DNA of 64,000 nt from Perkinsela sp. CCAP 1560/9 (GCA_965644495.1 CBFFSA010000004.1:1-64000); one strand, 5' to 3'. Positions 34,034 to 45,924 are shown, counted from the stretch's first letter. Notes: generated from the sequence alone by a model not told the origin. Translations and numbers: made by a program.

Positions 34034-34828
34034 GGTCAGAACCCAATATTGCACACTCTCGAAAAAAAAATGTATTTTAAAATTTTCGATGCCATAAATT
34101 TTCTAACACGAAAATGTCTCAGAACAGAAGTACATGTGTATTTTATGTCCTCAAATATTCTTTTTCGGGGGCATTTTTGATACTTTATTAGTCTGTCGTT
34201 GTACTTTTCGGCCATAGCACGGAGGCGTGCCTCTCGAGAGTCCTCATTTCTTCCCAGACTCCCCCCTCAGAAGTTAATCTCTTTTTAAGCATAGAATTTG
34301 CCCCTTTCACCGTGCTAGTATGAACCCGCACTCTTCGGCTATATTCGTTCTTTTCATTGAGTGTGTATACCCAATGAGGCCTAGGATAGATTGTGTGGGG
34401 GGTGAGTCGATATCTGCGGGAGAGAAAAGGAGACTCCGGCGCTCGACAAGTACGCACTGGATATAAAAAAAATACCCATCGCTCCCCCCCCCCTGGATAA
34501 CGTATGTGATTTGTGAATGTCCTCGCTCACATTTCACTGTTTGAGCTATTAGTTTGGGCCCCTGAGCCATAAAATGCACTGACCTGCATCCCAGGAGCCA
34601 ACTTTGCTCATGCCAATGCTCTTAACACAAGAAATATCCGGGCATCCTGCGCAAACCGGAGTAAAATTTTCCTAAGTCATGCGGAAGGAGCGCTTGTAAG
34701 ACAAAAATGAACATAAATAAGCTAAGAAACGATGTCTAACGATTTTACTAGACGAAAATAAAAATTGGAAAAGTGTTAAAGTTGGGCGAAAAAAAATATT
34801 TTTTGTGCAATATTGGATTAATTCCACC
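34034..34828. mobile_element. Merlin-like non-autonomous element, copy 1
   Basis: GG-starting TIR with CCAATATTGCAC core and perfect 8-bp TSD GATTTCTT. Confidence 0.82.
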
Positions 34829-35385
34829 GATTTCTTATTTAGGATCTTCGTTAAACGCGGTGGTTGCTTTCAACTTAGAAGTCACTCATGCCGCGCGATT
34901 CGCGTTGAAAACTGCATACGCGTTTAACGCAGAGCCTAGAGAAGAAAAATTGGTTACGAAAGCCGAAGAAACCGGACGGCTTTAAACCAAAAATAGCCGA
35001 TTTTTAGGTAAAAATAGGGGCATTTTTGCGTAGATTTACGCTCAGAACACTAAATCCAACATTTGTGTGTGAGAAATCACTCGTAGGCATGAATACAAGA
35101 CTACTGCACGTAATGGGTAAATAATGCGACTTCAACCACACCATTCTTCCGACACAAAAACCCTTTAGGTCCGAATTTTTGTTTTGCACAACTTTAATCA
35201 TTCAGCCACCACCGGTCGTATTTAGCCCAAATGAGTCCTTGAACAGACTTAAATTTAGTGCTAAAGCTAATATCCTGCTTTACTCTCGTGGCCAAGCTCA
35301 CGCGGTTTCCGAGGCAGAGACCGACCTACAGTGCTCGTAAAAATTAGTGTATTTTTAATTAGTGTCGGTCGAGAAAATGACACTA

Positions 35386-35880
35386 AACGGGGGCCCGGGA
35401 TAACATACCTGTAACACGTTAACATACCTGGGGGGTATGTTATCGTGAACAGGGGTGGATAACATACCCCCCCCTCTGGATTTTGGAGTTTAGGGGTCAA
35501 TTTTCTTTTTGAGATTTTTTTACATGTGTAATACTGATAATTTTTTTGTCAACATGTGCACTCAAGAACTGAGTGGTATCCATGAAGAAATTCCAAGCGA
35601 GATTGTTTCGTCGGAGGATGAAGAGGAAGACGAGGAGGAAGAAGAGGAGGAAGATATTGACAATTCAGGAGTATTTTCGAAGACATAGTTGTCCTGAAAT
35701 TGTGGAGTAAAATACATGTATATTATTGTATATTACATGTATATTGGAGTAATTTTTTGAATTGGTGAATCATATTCTTCAAAAAAAATGATGGCATAAA
35801 AGTTAACATACCTGTAACAGCGTAAACATACCTGTAACACGATAACATACCGGGGGGGTATGTTATCCTGTAACACCGTT
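35386..35880. mobile_element. TA-flanked MITE with AACATACC subterminal repeats
   Basis: Imperfect TIR AACGG..GGATAACATACC, itself enclosed by another inverted pair (35336-35361 / 35881-35907). Confidence 0.65.
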
Positions 35881-35912
35881 TAATTAAAGATATACTAATT
35901 TTTACGAAGCTA

Positions 35913-36292
35913 AACCACTGTCCGGGTTAATATTCCTGGTAGGAATATTAAGAGGGTAATAGGAATATTGCGGGGGTTGTTTACAACCTCTGCTTCTCCC
36001 TTCTTTAAGGTGTCCGGGGTAGGGTGGATCCAGCAGTGTGAGAAAAGGGGGTCCAGCCCCCCTATCCTCGATTTGGGCACAAATCACTGTGCTTAAAAAC
36101 GTAGGTCCCGGGACTCGAACCCAGGTAGTCCAGTGGGTAAGACCTGCCGTTCATAATCTGGTGGTCGCAGGTTCGAAGCGGCGCGAAAAAAAACTTGGTC
36201 CTTTTTTGTTAATTTTTTAACATTCCTATGCCTCGTAATATTCCTATACCCTCTTAATATTCCTACCAGGAATATTAACCCGGACAGTGGTT
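35913..36292. mobile_element. TA-flanked MITE containing tRNA-like sequence
   Basis: 46-bp TIR AACCACTGTCCGGGTTAATATTCCTGGTAGGAATATTAAGAGGGTA. Confidence 0.9.
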
Positions 36293-36620
36293 TAAAAAAT
36301 TAGCAGAAAAGCACCAAAGTTTTTTTCGCGCCACGAAGCGGCGCGATCTTTGATCTTGTGCTCGTTTTGGTCTGTTCGGGTCTTGTGTGCGCGTTGGGGT
36401 TGCTATTTTGATGAAAAAATCATACCAAAAAGGGATTTTTGAGGGATAAATTGTGTGGATCTCAAGCAAAGACAGGGTAGGTGTCAGGGAGAGGGGGGGT
36501 AGGAATATTAAGCACCATTGGACCCCCAGCAATTTCGGTGCATTTCTGGGGCCACTATGGGACAACCGGTGCCACGATTGGACACTTCAAAGTTTAAGTT
36601 GTGCATTTTGTTTGCATTTA

Positions 36621-36970
36621 AACCCTGTTCCGGGTTATTGTGCCCCCCTGCACAACAACTGGCTCTAGGCACAATAACTAAATATTGGAAAAAACCAAAA
36701 AAAGGGTAAAAAAAAATTGGCGCCGCTTCGCGGCGCCTTTTTTGTAAACAAACACGTTCATGTGCAGAATGAGTTCTATTTAACGAATGCGTTGCTGAAC
36801 AAACACCGTTTTTTTCGAGAAAATGGGAATAAAAAACCTGCAAAAACATGCGGCGCCGCTTCGCGGCGCCATATTTGGGAGGGGGGGGCACAATAACAGT
36901 CGTCGTTTTCACTTATTGTGCCCCCCCTGCACAATAAGTAGCTCTAGGCACAATAACCCGGAACAGGGTT
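36621..36970. mobile_element. TA-flanked MITE
   Basis: TIR AACCCTGTTCCGGGTTATTGTGCC, with internal GGCGCCGCTTCGCGGCGCC twice. Confidence 0.9.
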
Positions 36971-37001
36971 TAAGTTGTGTAAACTTAAACTACTAAGTTT
37001 A

Positions 37002-37397
37002 GGTCAGATTAAACGAAGTTTGCACACTTTGCAAAAAAATTCTAAAAGTGACTAAATATCAGTGAATTCCAAAGAAAATCAAAATGATGCAGACAAGACG
37101 ATTTCCGCACAAAACAATGCCACATCCAACAAAACTCGTACCAGCGGGCTTAACCTCACTTAACCTCACTAAACGGAAGACGTGTGACACAGTTTATTTC
37201 AAGATACCCACAACAAAACCCACCATCAAAGTGATTGATCATGATTTTACCCGTACCTGAGAACGTAAAAAGGTCAAAGATACTAGCAAAGATTTTAAAC
37301 TACATATATTTTGCAAGCAGCAGAAACAAAAAATATTAATAAGAAAGATTGTTTTAATTTTTTTTGAAGAAAAGTGCAAACTTCGTTCAATTCCACC
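37002..37397. mobile_element. Merlin-like non-autonomous element, short variant
   Basis: GGTCAGATTAAACGAAGTTTGCAC / GTGCAAACTTCGTTCAATTCCACC with 8-bp TSD TAAGTTTA. Confidence 0.85.
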
Positions 37398-37593
37398 TAA
37401 GTTTACGGTTACCCCGGTTACTTACCCCTAAGTTTAAGTTACCCCCCGGTAGTTTAGTAATACAGGAGAACTAGTGGTAGGACTACGAGGTACTGAGTAC
37501 AGAGGTCTAGTAAGTACATACAACCAGGTAAGGTATCAACCAGGTAAGGTCTCGGATCTTCTAAACTGGACCCCTGACTAATGAATGTGTGGA

Positions 37594-38334
37594 TCACTGC
37601 AGAATTATTGAAGTGTTCTTACAATCAAGATATAAAAATTCACCAAGTTCATTTCGCTCAACGCGTCCCGTAAGTTTGGGGTTATCGTTCAAATATAGAG
37701 TCTCAAGTGAGCTCGGCAATGCATCCAGTTGTATCTTACCACAAAAGTCGTTTAAGCCCATCTCAAGATGTAGCATGCATGCAGGAAGATATTGCAAGTC
37801 AGGAGTTCCGGTAAATGCATTTCCTAATAGACACAAATACGACAAGTGAAAAGGCAGCACGGTGAGATCAACGCTCCCACTCATTTTATTACACAACACG
37901 ATCAATTTGTCCATCATCTCGGGAAGTTTACCCAACTCCAGTCCTCCACGTACATTTTTATCGGAGATATCAAACACTTGAACGGTATCGGGAATAAACT
38001 CCCAGCAAAGAAACCCCCTCATCGAAACGTAGGTTTCGGTCCAATAAATGTTTAGCACCTCATCGGTTTGGTACCTGCATTCGACGGCTGCCCAATCACA
38101 CGCAGGCGTCTCCGTAGTCCAACTCGGGTGAGGGTCTTCAATATTTTGGATAAGACGAGACAACGTGTACTCCTGAGGCAGCGGGATGTTACGAATACGT
38201 CCAGCGCGGACCTGATTGGGTGTCTCCTGTCTCCTGTGGGTTTCCTTGGAAGTTTGTTTTCGTTGTTTTTTTCTCGGAGGCTCGTCGTCCACAAGCACAA
38301 CGTGGAGGGCAGGGTAAAAATGAAAGGGTAGCAT
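37594..38334 (-). CDS. LRR protein with a basic NLS-like stretch
   Basis: PPRKKQRK, RAGRIRNIPLPQEYTL, TPACDW cap, LRRs. Confidence 0.88.
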   Translation of the reverse strand: MLPFHFYPALHVVLVDDEPPRKKQRKQTSKETHRRQETPNQVRAGRIRNIPLPQEYTLSRLIQNIEDPHPSWTTETPACDWAAVECRYQTDEVLNIYWTETYVSMRGFLCWEFIPDTVQVFDISDKNVRGGLELGKLPEMMDKLIVLCNKMSGSVDLTVLPFHLSYLCLLGNAFTGTPDLQYLPACMLHLEMGLNDFCGKIQLDALPSSLETLYLNDNPKLTGRVERNELGEFLYLDCKNTSIILQ

Positions 38335-38596
38335 AACAATATTACCTGTTACAGAGATTATTGTCGTAATTCATTACACGGTAAAAAAAAGAACAAGAAT
38401 GGTTGCGGTTTGTTTTTGAGGACCAATACTCCTTTTTAGGACGAACAAAAGCGGGACGAAAGGACAGCGGATTCGGAACGATTGGGTCGAAAAACGGTGA
38501 CATGCAAAATATTTGGATAATTTTGCAAAAACAAAATATTTCCAAAGTAAAGACCTATAGGGGGGGTACACATTGATAACGAATAGTGTATTAAAA

Positions 38597-39392
38597 GGTC
38601 AGATTCAGCCAATATTGCACAGTTTCAAAATAAATAAATAAATGAAAATCAACCACTTCTTTCTCAGAAGCACATAAAATCAACTATCATGAAAATATCT
38701 CAAAATAGAAGTGTTGTATATCCTCAAATTTTCTTATTCGCGGGCATTTGTGATACCTTTTTAGTGAACCGTTGCACTTTTTTGATACGACACGAGGACG
38801 TGTCTCTCGAGTGTCCTCTTTTCTTCCCAAACTCCCCCCTCAGAAGTAAGTCTTTTTTAAGCATAGAATTAAGCTCAGAAATCCCACTCTTCTACATCCT
38901 TTCCTTTCATTGAGCGTGAATCTCCAATGAGGCCCAGTATTACCTGGGTAGGAGTGAGCTGACATTTCGAGGGCAGAAGCGGAGACTCCAGCGCGTATAG
39001 GGATCGACAAGTGCGCACGGGATATACCCATTGCCCCCCCCCTCCTGACAACGCCACGTGGTTTGTGAATGTGCACGTTCACATTTTACGGTTTGGGCAA
39101 TGAGTTTGTACCCTCTGAGCCATGAAACGCAGTCCCCTCCATCTCATGATCCAACCTTGACCATCATTCTCATGACCATAATTCTAGCACATGAAATATC
39201 TGCATACCCTGCACAAATCGTAGCAACCCATTCGCTAGACATGCGGAAGTAACCCTCGTAAAGTAAAAATGGCCAAACAAATACTGAAAAATGATGCCCA
39301 ATATTTTTACCTTTTAAAATAAGAATATGAAGATCGCTAGAAAACTCGAGATTTTTTCTTATTTGCTTGTGCAATATTGGCTCAATTCCACC
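38597..39392. mobile_element. Merlin-like non-autonomous element, copy 2
   Basis: Paralogue of 34034-34828. TSD TATTAAAA/AATTAAAA. Remnant CVSWLRGYKLIAQTVKC on the minus strand. Confidence 0.8.
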
Positions 39393-39710
39393 AATTAAAA
39401 GAGTATCATGAAGTGCTCTGTCTTCGAATATGCTATTCTTTGGTTGCAAATTTCAAAATACTTACAATAAATTACAAAATATTCGTTATATTCATTACCG
39501 GTATTATCGGCTGCAAATTACAAAATATAAATTACTGGTAGTATTTCTCCGATGGCATTCTCATCGGTTTAAAAAAGGTGCACAACTTCAACCATTCGGC
39601 CACCACCGGTCGTATTTCGCCCAAATGAGTCCTTGAACAGACTTAAAATTAGTTTCTGAGACGTTTGCAGGTCCAAGTATGATTGTTAAAGTCTACGCTA
39701 ATGGACACGA

Positions 39711-40415
39711 TTAAGGAATTACGTTCTTAACAAGATCCATTATATTTCCTCCAGGGATTCGAAAAGCTTCCTCCTTGAAAGTACTGTCTTTAATGTATAG
39801 AACCGAGTTACCGTTCAAAACAAGTTTACTCATTCCTTTGGGAAGAGAACTCAAGCTCACATGACCACGAAAACGATTGCTATTTAGAAAGAGTGAATTC
39901 ATTGCGGAAGGAAGGTTCGTTAGATCCAACGTCCCACTGAATCGATTTCTTGCCAAGTTAAGCAAAGAAAGAGTTTGAGGCAACTTGGTGAGACAGATCT
40001 CTCCGGAAAAATTGTTGTCATTCAAGACGATATAGGCTATTGTATTTGGAAGCGCGGTGAAGTCAGCTTCGCTATGAAAAAAATTGCTTTCCATGCAGAG
40101 AGTAGTAAGTTTAGGTGGCAGCTCCATAAAAGGCACCTTACCTTCGAGTTTATTGCTATTGAGATTGAGCGCAACCAGAGTATGAGGAAGAAATTCCCAC
40201 CGAAGAATCCCCGAAAGGTGGAATCGATGCCATTCAATTTCAGTAACATGGCCTTCCTCATCGCATGTGATTCCACTCGATTTACAAGCGGGAGTGTCCA
40301 TAATCCATGACCGCCGATGAAGTTTCACGTTTTCAATGAGGTGCGCAAGTTGATATTCTGGAGGCGGCAAGTTCCCTCGCACCTTTGCAGCCTTCAACGG
40401 AATGCTTGTGTTCAT
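39711..40415 (-). CDS. LRR protein, subfamily A
   Basis: Intact 234-aa ORF, paralogue of 25286. Confidence 0.9.
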   Translation of the reverse strand: MNTSIPLKAAKVRGNLPPPEYQLAHLIENVKLHRRSWIMDTPACKSSGITCDEEGHVTEIEWHRFHLSGILRWEFLPHTLVALNLNSNKLEGKVPFMELPPKLTTLCMESNFFHSEADFTALPNTIAYIVLNDNNFSGEICLTKLPQTLSLLNLARNRFSGTLDLTNLPSAMNSLFLNSNRFRGHVSLSSLPKGMSKLVLNGNSVLYIKDSTFKEEAFRIPGGNIMDLVKNVIP

Positions 40416-40484
40416 TTTTTCTTGACGTGGTTGTAGAAGATAAGGTGAAACTTTGATAGTAATGTATGCGTTTGGTTTGAGTTA

Positions 40485-40822
40485 CAGGGGGAAAATTATG
40501 TTGCGTCAAGAAAAGTCGTGTTAATTTCTGGGATTAACACGACTTTTGTTGACACAACTTATGTTGCCACAACTTTTGTCCCCTCCATCAGCGAGATAGC
40601 AGTGCCAGAGCGTCATGTAATACCCCTGAAACCGCACTCTCGATGGTCAAGTGACCTTCGCTCCAAGGCAAAAGAGCGAATATGCACCTATTTTACCAAA
40701 AATAAGAACAATTATATTTTTTAACATACTTTTGTTCCTCCCCACGTTTCGCATTAACACGACTTTTGTTGACACAACTTTTGTTGCCTCGACTTTTGTT
40801 GACATAACTTTTTTTCCCCCTG
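40485..40822. mobile_element. TA-flanked MITE
   Basis: TIR CAGGGGGAAAA and internal ACTTTTGTTG repeats. Absent from the paralogous flank at ~42700. Confidence 0.75.
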
Positions 40823-41298
40823 TAACTAACCCGGGGAACGGTGTATTATTCAAAATTGGAATTTGAACCCAGGCTAAATATTGGAATTCGAAATTGGAAT
40901 TTGAACCCAGGCTAAATATTCTTTTCCCGTTAAATATTCTTTTGTCACATCAGAATGCTTTACAAAACGGGAGACACCGTTCCAGTTTTGTGGTAGTTTG
41001 CCAAAGGGGCCTTTAGTATCTCCCTCGTCGACTTTAGCTTGGGTTACATAGCCATCGACTTGAAGCGCACGATGATCCCCCAAGCGGAGTCCGAGAGTTG
41101 TGGGAGAGGGTAAAAATGAAATGGACGAACATACCACCCTCGAACATACCATGCCGTGTCCAGGTGGACAATATGCCTGCCCGTATGAAGGCAGTGCTGA
41201 AGGCTCGTGGGGGGGAATGCTAAATACTAATTTTACGGACATAAACTCTCTGGGGCGATTACTTTTCATCTTTTTTTTGGGACAAGAATTTCTTTATA

Positions 41299-41482
41299 CT
41301 GTCCCCCCCCGTTTAAGCGCACCTCGTTTTCCGCGAAAAGTACGCTTAAACGGGGGGGTCTGAATCACTACATAAAAAAAAATTGGCGCCGCTTCGCGGC
41401 GCCGGGCTCTTTCCTTCAACTCTATGTGCGCTTAAACGGGGGGGGGAGGCTGACCGGGTGCGCTTAAAGGGGGGGAGGACAG
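41299..41482. mobile_element. TA-flanked MITE
   Basis: TIR CTGTCCCCCCCCGTTTAAGCGCACC, central GGCGCCGCTTCGCGGCGCC. Confidence 0.85.
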
Positions 41483-41926
41483 TAATAGGTAGCAAAAAAA
41501 CCTTTCGAATGCTAAACCTTTCTATATTCATTCTTATTTCTTTTGTAGAACGAAATGAGATGAACTATCTATGGGTACTATTAGGTGACACTCATGCCTA
41601 CACTACTAGCATACGTTACCAGCGCAGCGATGTTATTTTGTAAATAGCTGAATACAAAAAATCCGCCATATCAATATCTACAAAATATCCGCCTTCTGCC
41701 GTTTTACCTTGCGTCTCCTCCTTCCTCTACGGCCTTGTGTGTATTCATCACGGGTAGTATTTCTCCGATGGCATTCTCATCGGTTTAAAAAAGGTGCACA
41801 ACTTCAACCATTCAGCCACTACCAGTCGTAGTTTGCCCAAATGAGTCCTTGAACAGACTTAAAATTAGTTCCTGAGATGTTTGTAGGTCCAAGTATGATT
41901 GTTAAAGTCTACGCTAATGGACAAAA

Positions 41927-42631
41927 TTACGGAATTACTTTCCTCACAAGATCCATTACATTTCCTCCCGGAACTTCAAATGCTTCGTCCTTGAATGCAC
42001 TGTCTTTAATGTACAGAGACGGGTTACCGTCCAAGCCCAGATGACTCATTCCTTTGGGGAGAGAACTCAAGCTCACATGACCACGAAAACGATTGCTATT
42101 TAGAAAAAGTAAACTCATTGCGGAGGGAAGATTTGTTAGATCCAACGGCCCACTGAATCGATTTTTTGTCAAGTTAAGCAAAGAAAGGGTTTGAGGCAAC
42201 TTGGTGAGACAGATCTCTCCGGAAAAATTGTTGTCACTCAAGACGATGTAGGCTATTGTATTTGGAAGCGCGGTGAAGTTAGCTTCACTATGAAAAAAAT
42301 TACCATCCATGTAGAGATGAAGAAGTTTAGGTGGCAGCTCCATAAAAGGCACCTTGCCTTCGAGTCTATTGCTATTGAGATTGAGCGCAACCAGAGTATG
42401 AGGAAGAAATTCCCACCGAAGAATACCTGAAAGGCGGAATCGATACCATTTGATTCCAGTGACAAGGCCTTCCTCATCGCATGTGACTCCACTCCATTTA
42501 CAAGCGGGAATCTCCGTACCCCATGAAGGCCGATGAAGTTTCACGTTTTCAATGAGATGCGCAAGTTGATATTCTGGAGGCGGCAAGTTCCCTCGCACCT
42601 TTGCAGCCTTCAACGGAATGCTTGTGTTCAT
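41927..42631 (-). CDS. LRR protein, subfamily A
   Basis: Intact 234-aa ORF. Confidence 0.9.
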   Translation of the reverse strand: MNTSIPLKAAKVRGNLPPPEYQLAHLIENVKLHRPSWGTEIPACKWSGVTCDEEGLVTGIKWYRFRLSGILRWEFLPHTLVALNLNSNRLEGKVPFMELPPKLLHLYMDGNFFHSEANFTALPNTIAYIVLSDNNFSGEICLTKLPQTLSLLNLTKNRFSGPLDLTNLPSAMSLLFLNSNRFRGHVSLSSLPKGMSHLGLDGNPSLYIKDSAFKDEAFEVPGGNVMDLVRKVIP

Positions 42632-43212
42632 TTTTTCTTGACGACGTGGTTGTAGAAGATAAGGTGAAACTTTGATATTAAGGTACGTTTTTGGTTTGAT
42701 TCAACTAGATTTTCGTTGGAGATAGCTTTCAACGTGAAGAGCAGCAGTAGTGTATTCTCCGCTAAGAACAATCACCACGTTTAGCGAATCTTAAAAAGTA
42801 ATAAAGAAACATAAAAATTATGGATGAGCATCCAAAGATTGAAAAATATGAATAACGCGGCAAAGGTACGTGAACAGGGGTTCTAAAAATCATTTCGTGC
42901 GATCACATTTCTGCGAAAATATCTGATACGACAGAACCATTAAATAGAAGTATTAAAAGAGTAACACGAAATGCTTAGCTTTCCGATATAAATACTATTC
43001 GTTTGAGGACGGAAATTTCAAGGTATCCATCGCCGATATTCCTCTTTTCAGTACCGGTACTATTTCTCGAGTGGTATTCACATCGTTAAAAAAGTATTCA
43101 TTCTATCCCCATAATTCAAGCTTGACTCAAAGGCGAAAAACAAGCGTCATCCCCGTGACGTTTGCTTTTCAACCGCGATCTCATTTTTTGGCCACTTAAG
43201 AAATCCACGCAC

Positions 43213-43992
43213 TTAGGCCAGCAGTCGAGTGTAAATTCGCTTCGCATTGGGGCAGTCCCACACCCAGTGCCTCATCGCAGTCAAATGCCAGTGAAGTTCC
43301 TTCACCGCTTTGGTTCGGTACGCTGCGGGAACTTGTTCACAGAAATCGGTGTAGGCCTTTGCGCACCCGAGTAATATTTTTTCTCGCTCTTCTGCATCCC
43401 ACACTTCACGTTGCATTTTAAATTTTGCGCGAAAAAGTGACGAGTAGACTTTTTCTGTTCGAAACGCCCACTTGACCAAATCCTCAAATTGACAAAGATA
43501 CGTTTGAAGGATTCGCTTTTCCTCTTGCGAGGCGTCTGTCGTTTTTCGCGTTCCTATCCATCTTTGATACCACGAAAAGTGTTTTCCAAGATACGCCTCT
43601 TCATAGGTTGTGCGGTGCGTGTAGACCTGATCGTCCCAGAAAGCATCAAAGCCGGTTGTCCAATCTACTTTTCGGAGCAACACAATGTCATGCAACAGGG
43701 CACTGAGCAGATAGGATCCCTGCGGGGTAAGACTTTGAATTAAGGAGGGCGTCAGTACCGGGAAGACGGAAGCGCCAGGGCCGACGTGTTCGGCTGAAAG
43801 AGCCCGAGTGAGATGTATCGCTTTTGTGGGATCGGTTTGGATATCGACAAAGTGAGTAAATTGATGCGATCGGGTGTTTTCGGGGCGACGCCAGGTACGT
43901 AGGAAAGCCCCTAGGGTAGCTGTGTTCGGTTTTTTGAAACCCATACCGCCCCAGAAGGACTGGATGGATTTAGGGGAGGTGACACGAAACAT
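43213..43992 (-). CDS. Hypothetical protein, probably mitochondrial
   Basis: Open frame on the gene strand. The first ATG gives MFRVTSP.., resembling short kinetoplastid targeting peptides. Confidence 0.7.
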   Translation of the reverse strand: MFRVTSPKSIQSFWGGMGFKKPNTATLGAFLRTWRRPENTRSHQFTHFVDIQTDPTKAIHLTRALSAEHVGPGASVFPVLTPSLIQSLTPQGSYLLSALLHDIVLLRKVDWTTGFDAFWDDQVYTHRTTYEEAYLGKHFSWYQRWIGTRKTTDASQEEKRILQTYLCQFEDLVKWAFRTEKVYSSLFRAKFKMQREVWDAEEREKILLGCAKAYTDFCEQVPAAYRTKAVKELHWHLTAMRHWVWDCPNAKRIYTRLLA

Positions 43993-44336
43993 GGGAAGGA
44001 TGGGAGAAGAAGGGTAAGAGCAATACCAAGGAAAAATTGACAAAATGGCTTTAGAGAACAGTGGCTATAAAAAGGAATGTAAAGACAATTTTGGTAATCT
44101 CCCTGCAGGCGCAGATAAACTGATTCCGTCAAAGGACATAAAACGTATAGAAATGGGAACCAAATATCGGAAGAGGGTCAACATTCGTAAAACTGAACCA
44201 ACTGTAAAGATTAATAGCGCATTGGAGAGCTCACATAGATTTCACATGATTGTACACTATGCCTCACGTCACGTACAGTAATTACATGGACTTCTGTGCA
44301 TGCGAAAAAAAAAATAAAAAAATAGAAAAGGAAAAA

Positions 44337-45536
44337 TTAGTCTGGATCTCGCAAATGGGACACCACCGTTCGTGTTTTTACCCGCCGAAGAGCTTCCTCC
44401 ATTACCTGGATTTCCTCATCTCGTAGGGAACGGTATTCCCCAGGGAGAAGCGACATTTTCTGCGCGTCCAAATGTTCGTAACCAAGACACTCTACGGAAC
44501 TTACGGCGTGTTGCCGAATTTTTTGTATCATACCGGGGCGCAACATTTGTGTGCGCAAATCCAAGTAAAGAACATCAGAAGAGGAGGCTGCACCTGCACT
44601 GTCCAACACAGGTTTCGGAGAAGATTCACCTTCCGTAGAAGCTGAATAAATCCGAAACCCAGCACCTTGGGGTTTCGAAAAAGAGGAAGAAGAATATTCC
44701 ATTCCTCCCTCTCCCCTTTCCTGCACCCTATGCACGTCTTCCTTTTCCTCCGGCGTCGCTTTCCTTCTTTGCACCCCACTTACCTCATATTTCACAAATT
44801 CACCTCGAAAGAACCCTGCGGTGTCCTTTTCCGGCACGTTGCGCAAAATTTGCTCCAAATTCTGCGCCACCTCTACTGGAGTGCCGAAACAAAAATGCAG
44901 CCGAAACAACCCTCCAGTCCCAAACATCGGGTGACATCCAAAATACCGATGCCACATTAAATCATTACTCAACAACACACACCCCGAACTTATGGAAGTT
45001 AAATACGGTGAATTAAAACCATAAACCGTGTGAGGTTGCCAGATTCCAAAATCCGGAGGCTGTATTCGATGCACAAAACTTTTCGCATTTCCCCCATTTA
45101 ACGAAAGCGAAACCCCCGGAGGTTTCGCATAGACCCCATAGACGCGGTGCAGGGCGCGGAGCTCCACGGGAACCCATTGCCCGTTGGTGGAGCAACGCAC
45201 GTAGAGGTTTCTGTTTTCCCATTGCTCATAGGGGAGCTGTTCCAGAAGGTTTTCAGGCGACAGCAACGCCCCGGTGGAACCGAGACGTAACGCGTTGTCC
45301 GAGACCCGGGCCTCCGCCTCGGATTGGGTCATGCCGGCGCGCATGGTAAGATAGAGCGCGGCACTGGGGAGGTGGGAGCAGAGGCGGTCGAGGCTGCGGA
45401 CGGGTTTCCCGGCATCGGCCTTTTTGAGCGTTTCTGCCGGGATGTGGGTGATCGCGGGCAGGCGTAGGGAGCCGCGGGTGTAGGAGGGGGTGTGGTAGGT
45501 GAAAGGACCGATCCGACGTGGGGGTTGGAAGACCAT
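44337..45536 (-). CDS. RsuA/RluB-family pseudouridine-synthase-like protein, probably inactive
   Basis: S4-like SLDRL, YAKPPG, SSGCVLLSND and C-terminal LLPGEYRSL. The catalytic RLD is replaced by YLT. Confidence 0.65.
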   Translation of the reverse strand: MVFQPPRRIGPFTYHTPSYTRGSLRLPAITHIPAETLKKADAGKPVRSLDRLCSHLPSAALYLTMRAGMTQSEAEARVSDNALRLGSTGALLSPENLLEQLPYEQWENRNLYVRCSTNGQWVPVELRALHRVYGVYAKPPGVSLSLNGGNAKSFVHRIQPPDFGIWQPHTVYGFNSPYLTSISSGCVLLSNDLMWHRYFGCHPMFGTGGLFRLHFCFGTPVEVAQNLEQILRNVPEKDTAGFFRGEFVKYEVSGVQRRKATPEEKEDVHRVQERGEGGMEYSSSSFSKPQGAGFRIYSASTEGESSPKPVLDSAGAASSSDVLYLDLRTQMLRPGMIQKIRQHAVSSVECLGYEHLDAQKMSLLPGEYRSLRDEEIQVMEEALRRVKTRTVVSHLRDPD

Positions 45537-45819
45537 GGGATCGGGGGGAATGTAAAAGGGTAAGGTAAATTTGTAATGTAAATTTGGGAAGAAAGGAGGA
45601 ATAAAAGGAAGAAAGAAAGAAAGAAAAGGTAGGTTATGAAAAATGGAAAAGCCTTCGATGGAGAGGTGTAATCAAGTCCGGTTTAGCATACAGCGTAGCC
45701 CCGGTATGGTACGAAGTCACAGGTATGGTAAGTTAATCCTCCCTCTGCCCTGCTACTAGGGGGGCGAGGGAGCGGTGAGGGGTGAGGGAACAGAGTGGTA
45801 CGAACGTAAAGTTTAGAGT

Positions 45820-45924
45820 GGATGGTGCTCAGACGACGAGTTCGATTCCACCTTAATACCTGGAGGCCTCACTCTAAGAGGCTGGGCTGAGATCCGACTA
45901 GGCCCAGTACTCGGAGCACCGTCC
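45820..45924 (+). ncRNA. Multibranch structured element next to the unidentified ORF remnant
   Basis: Closing stem GGATGGTGCTC/GAGCACCGTCC, inner stem CGAGT/ACTCG, three hairpins. Confidence 0.45.
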
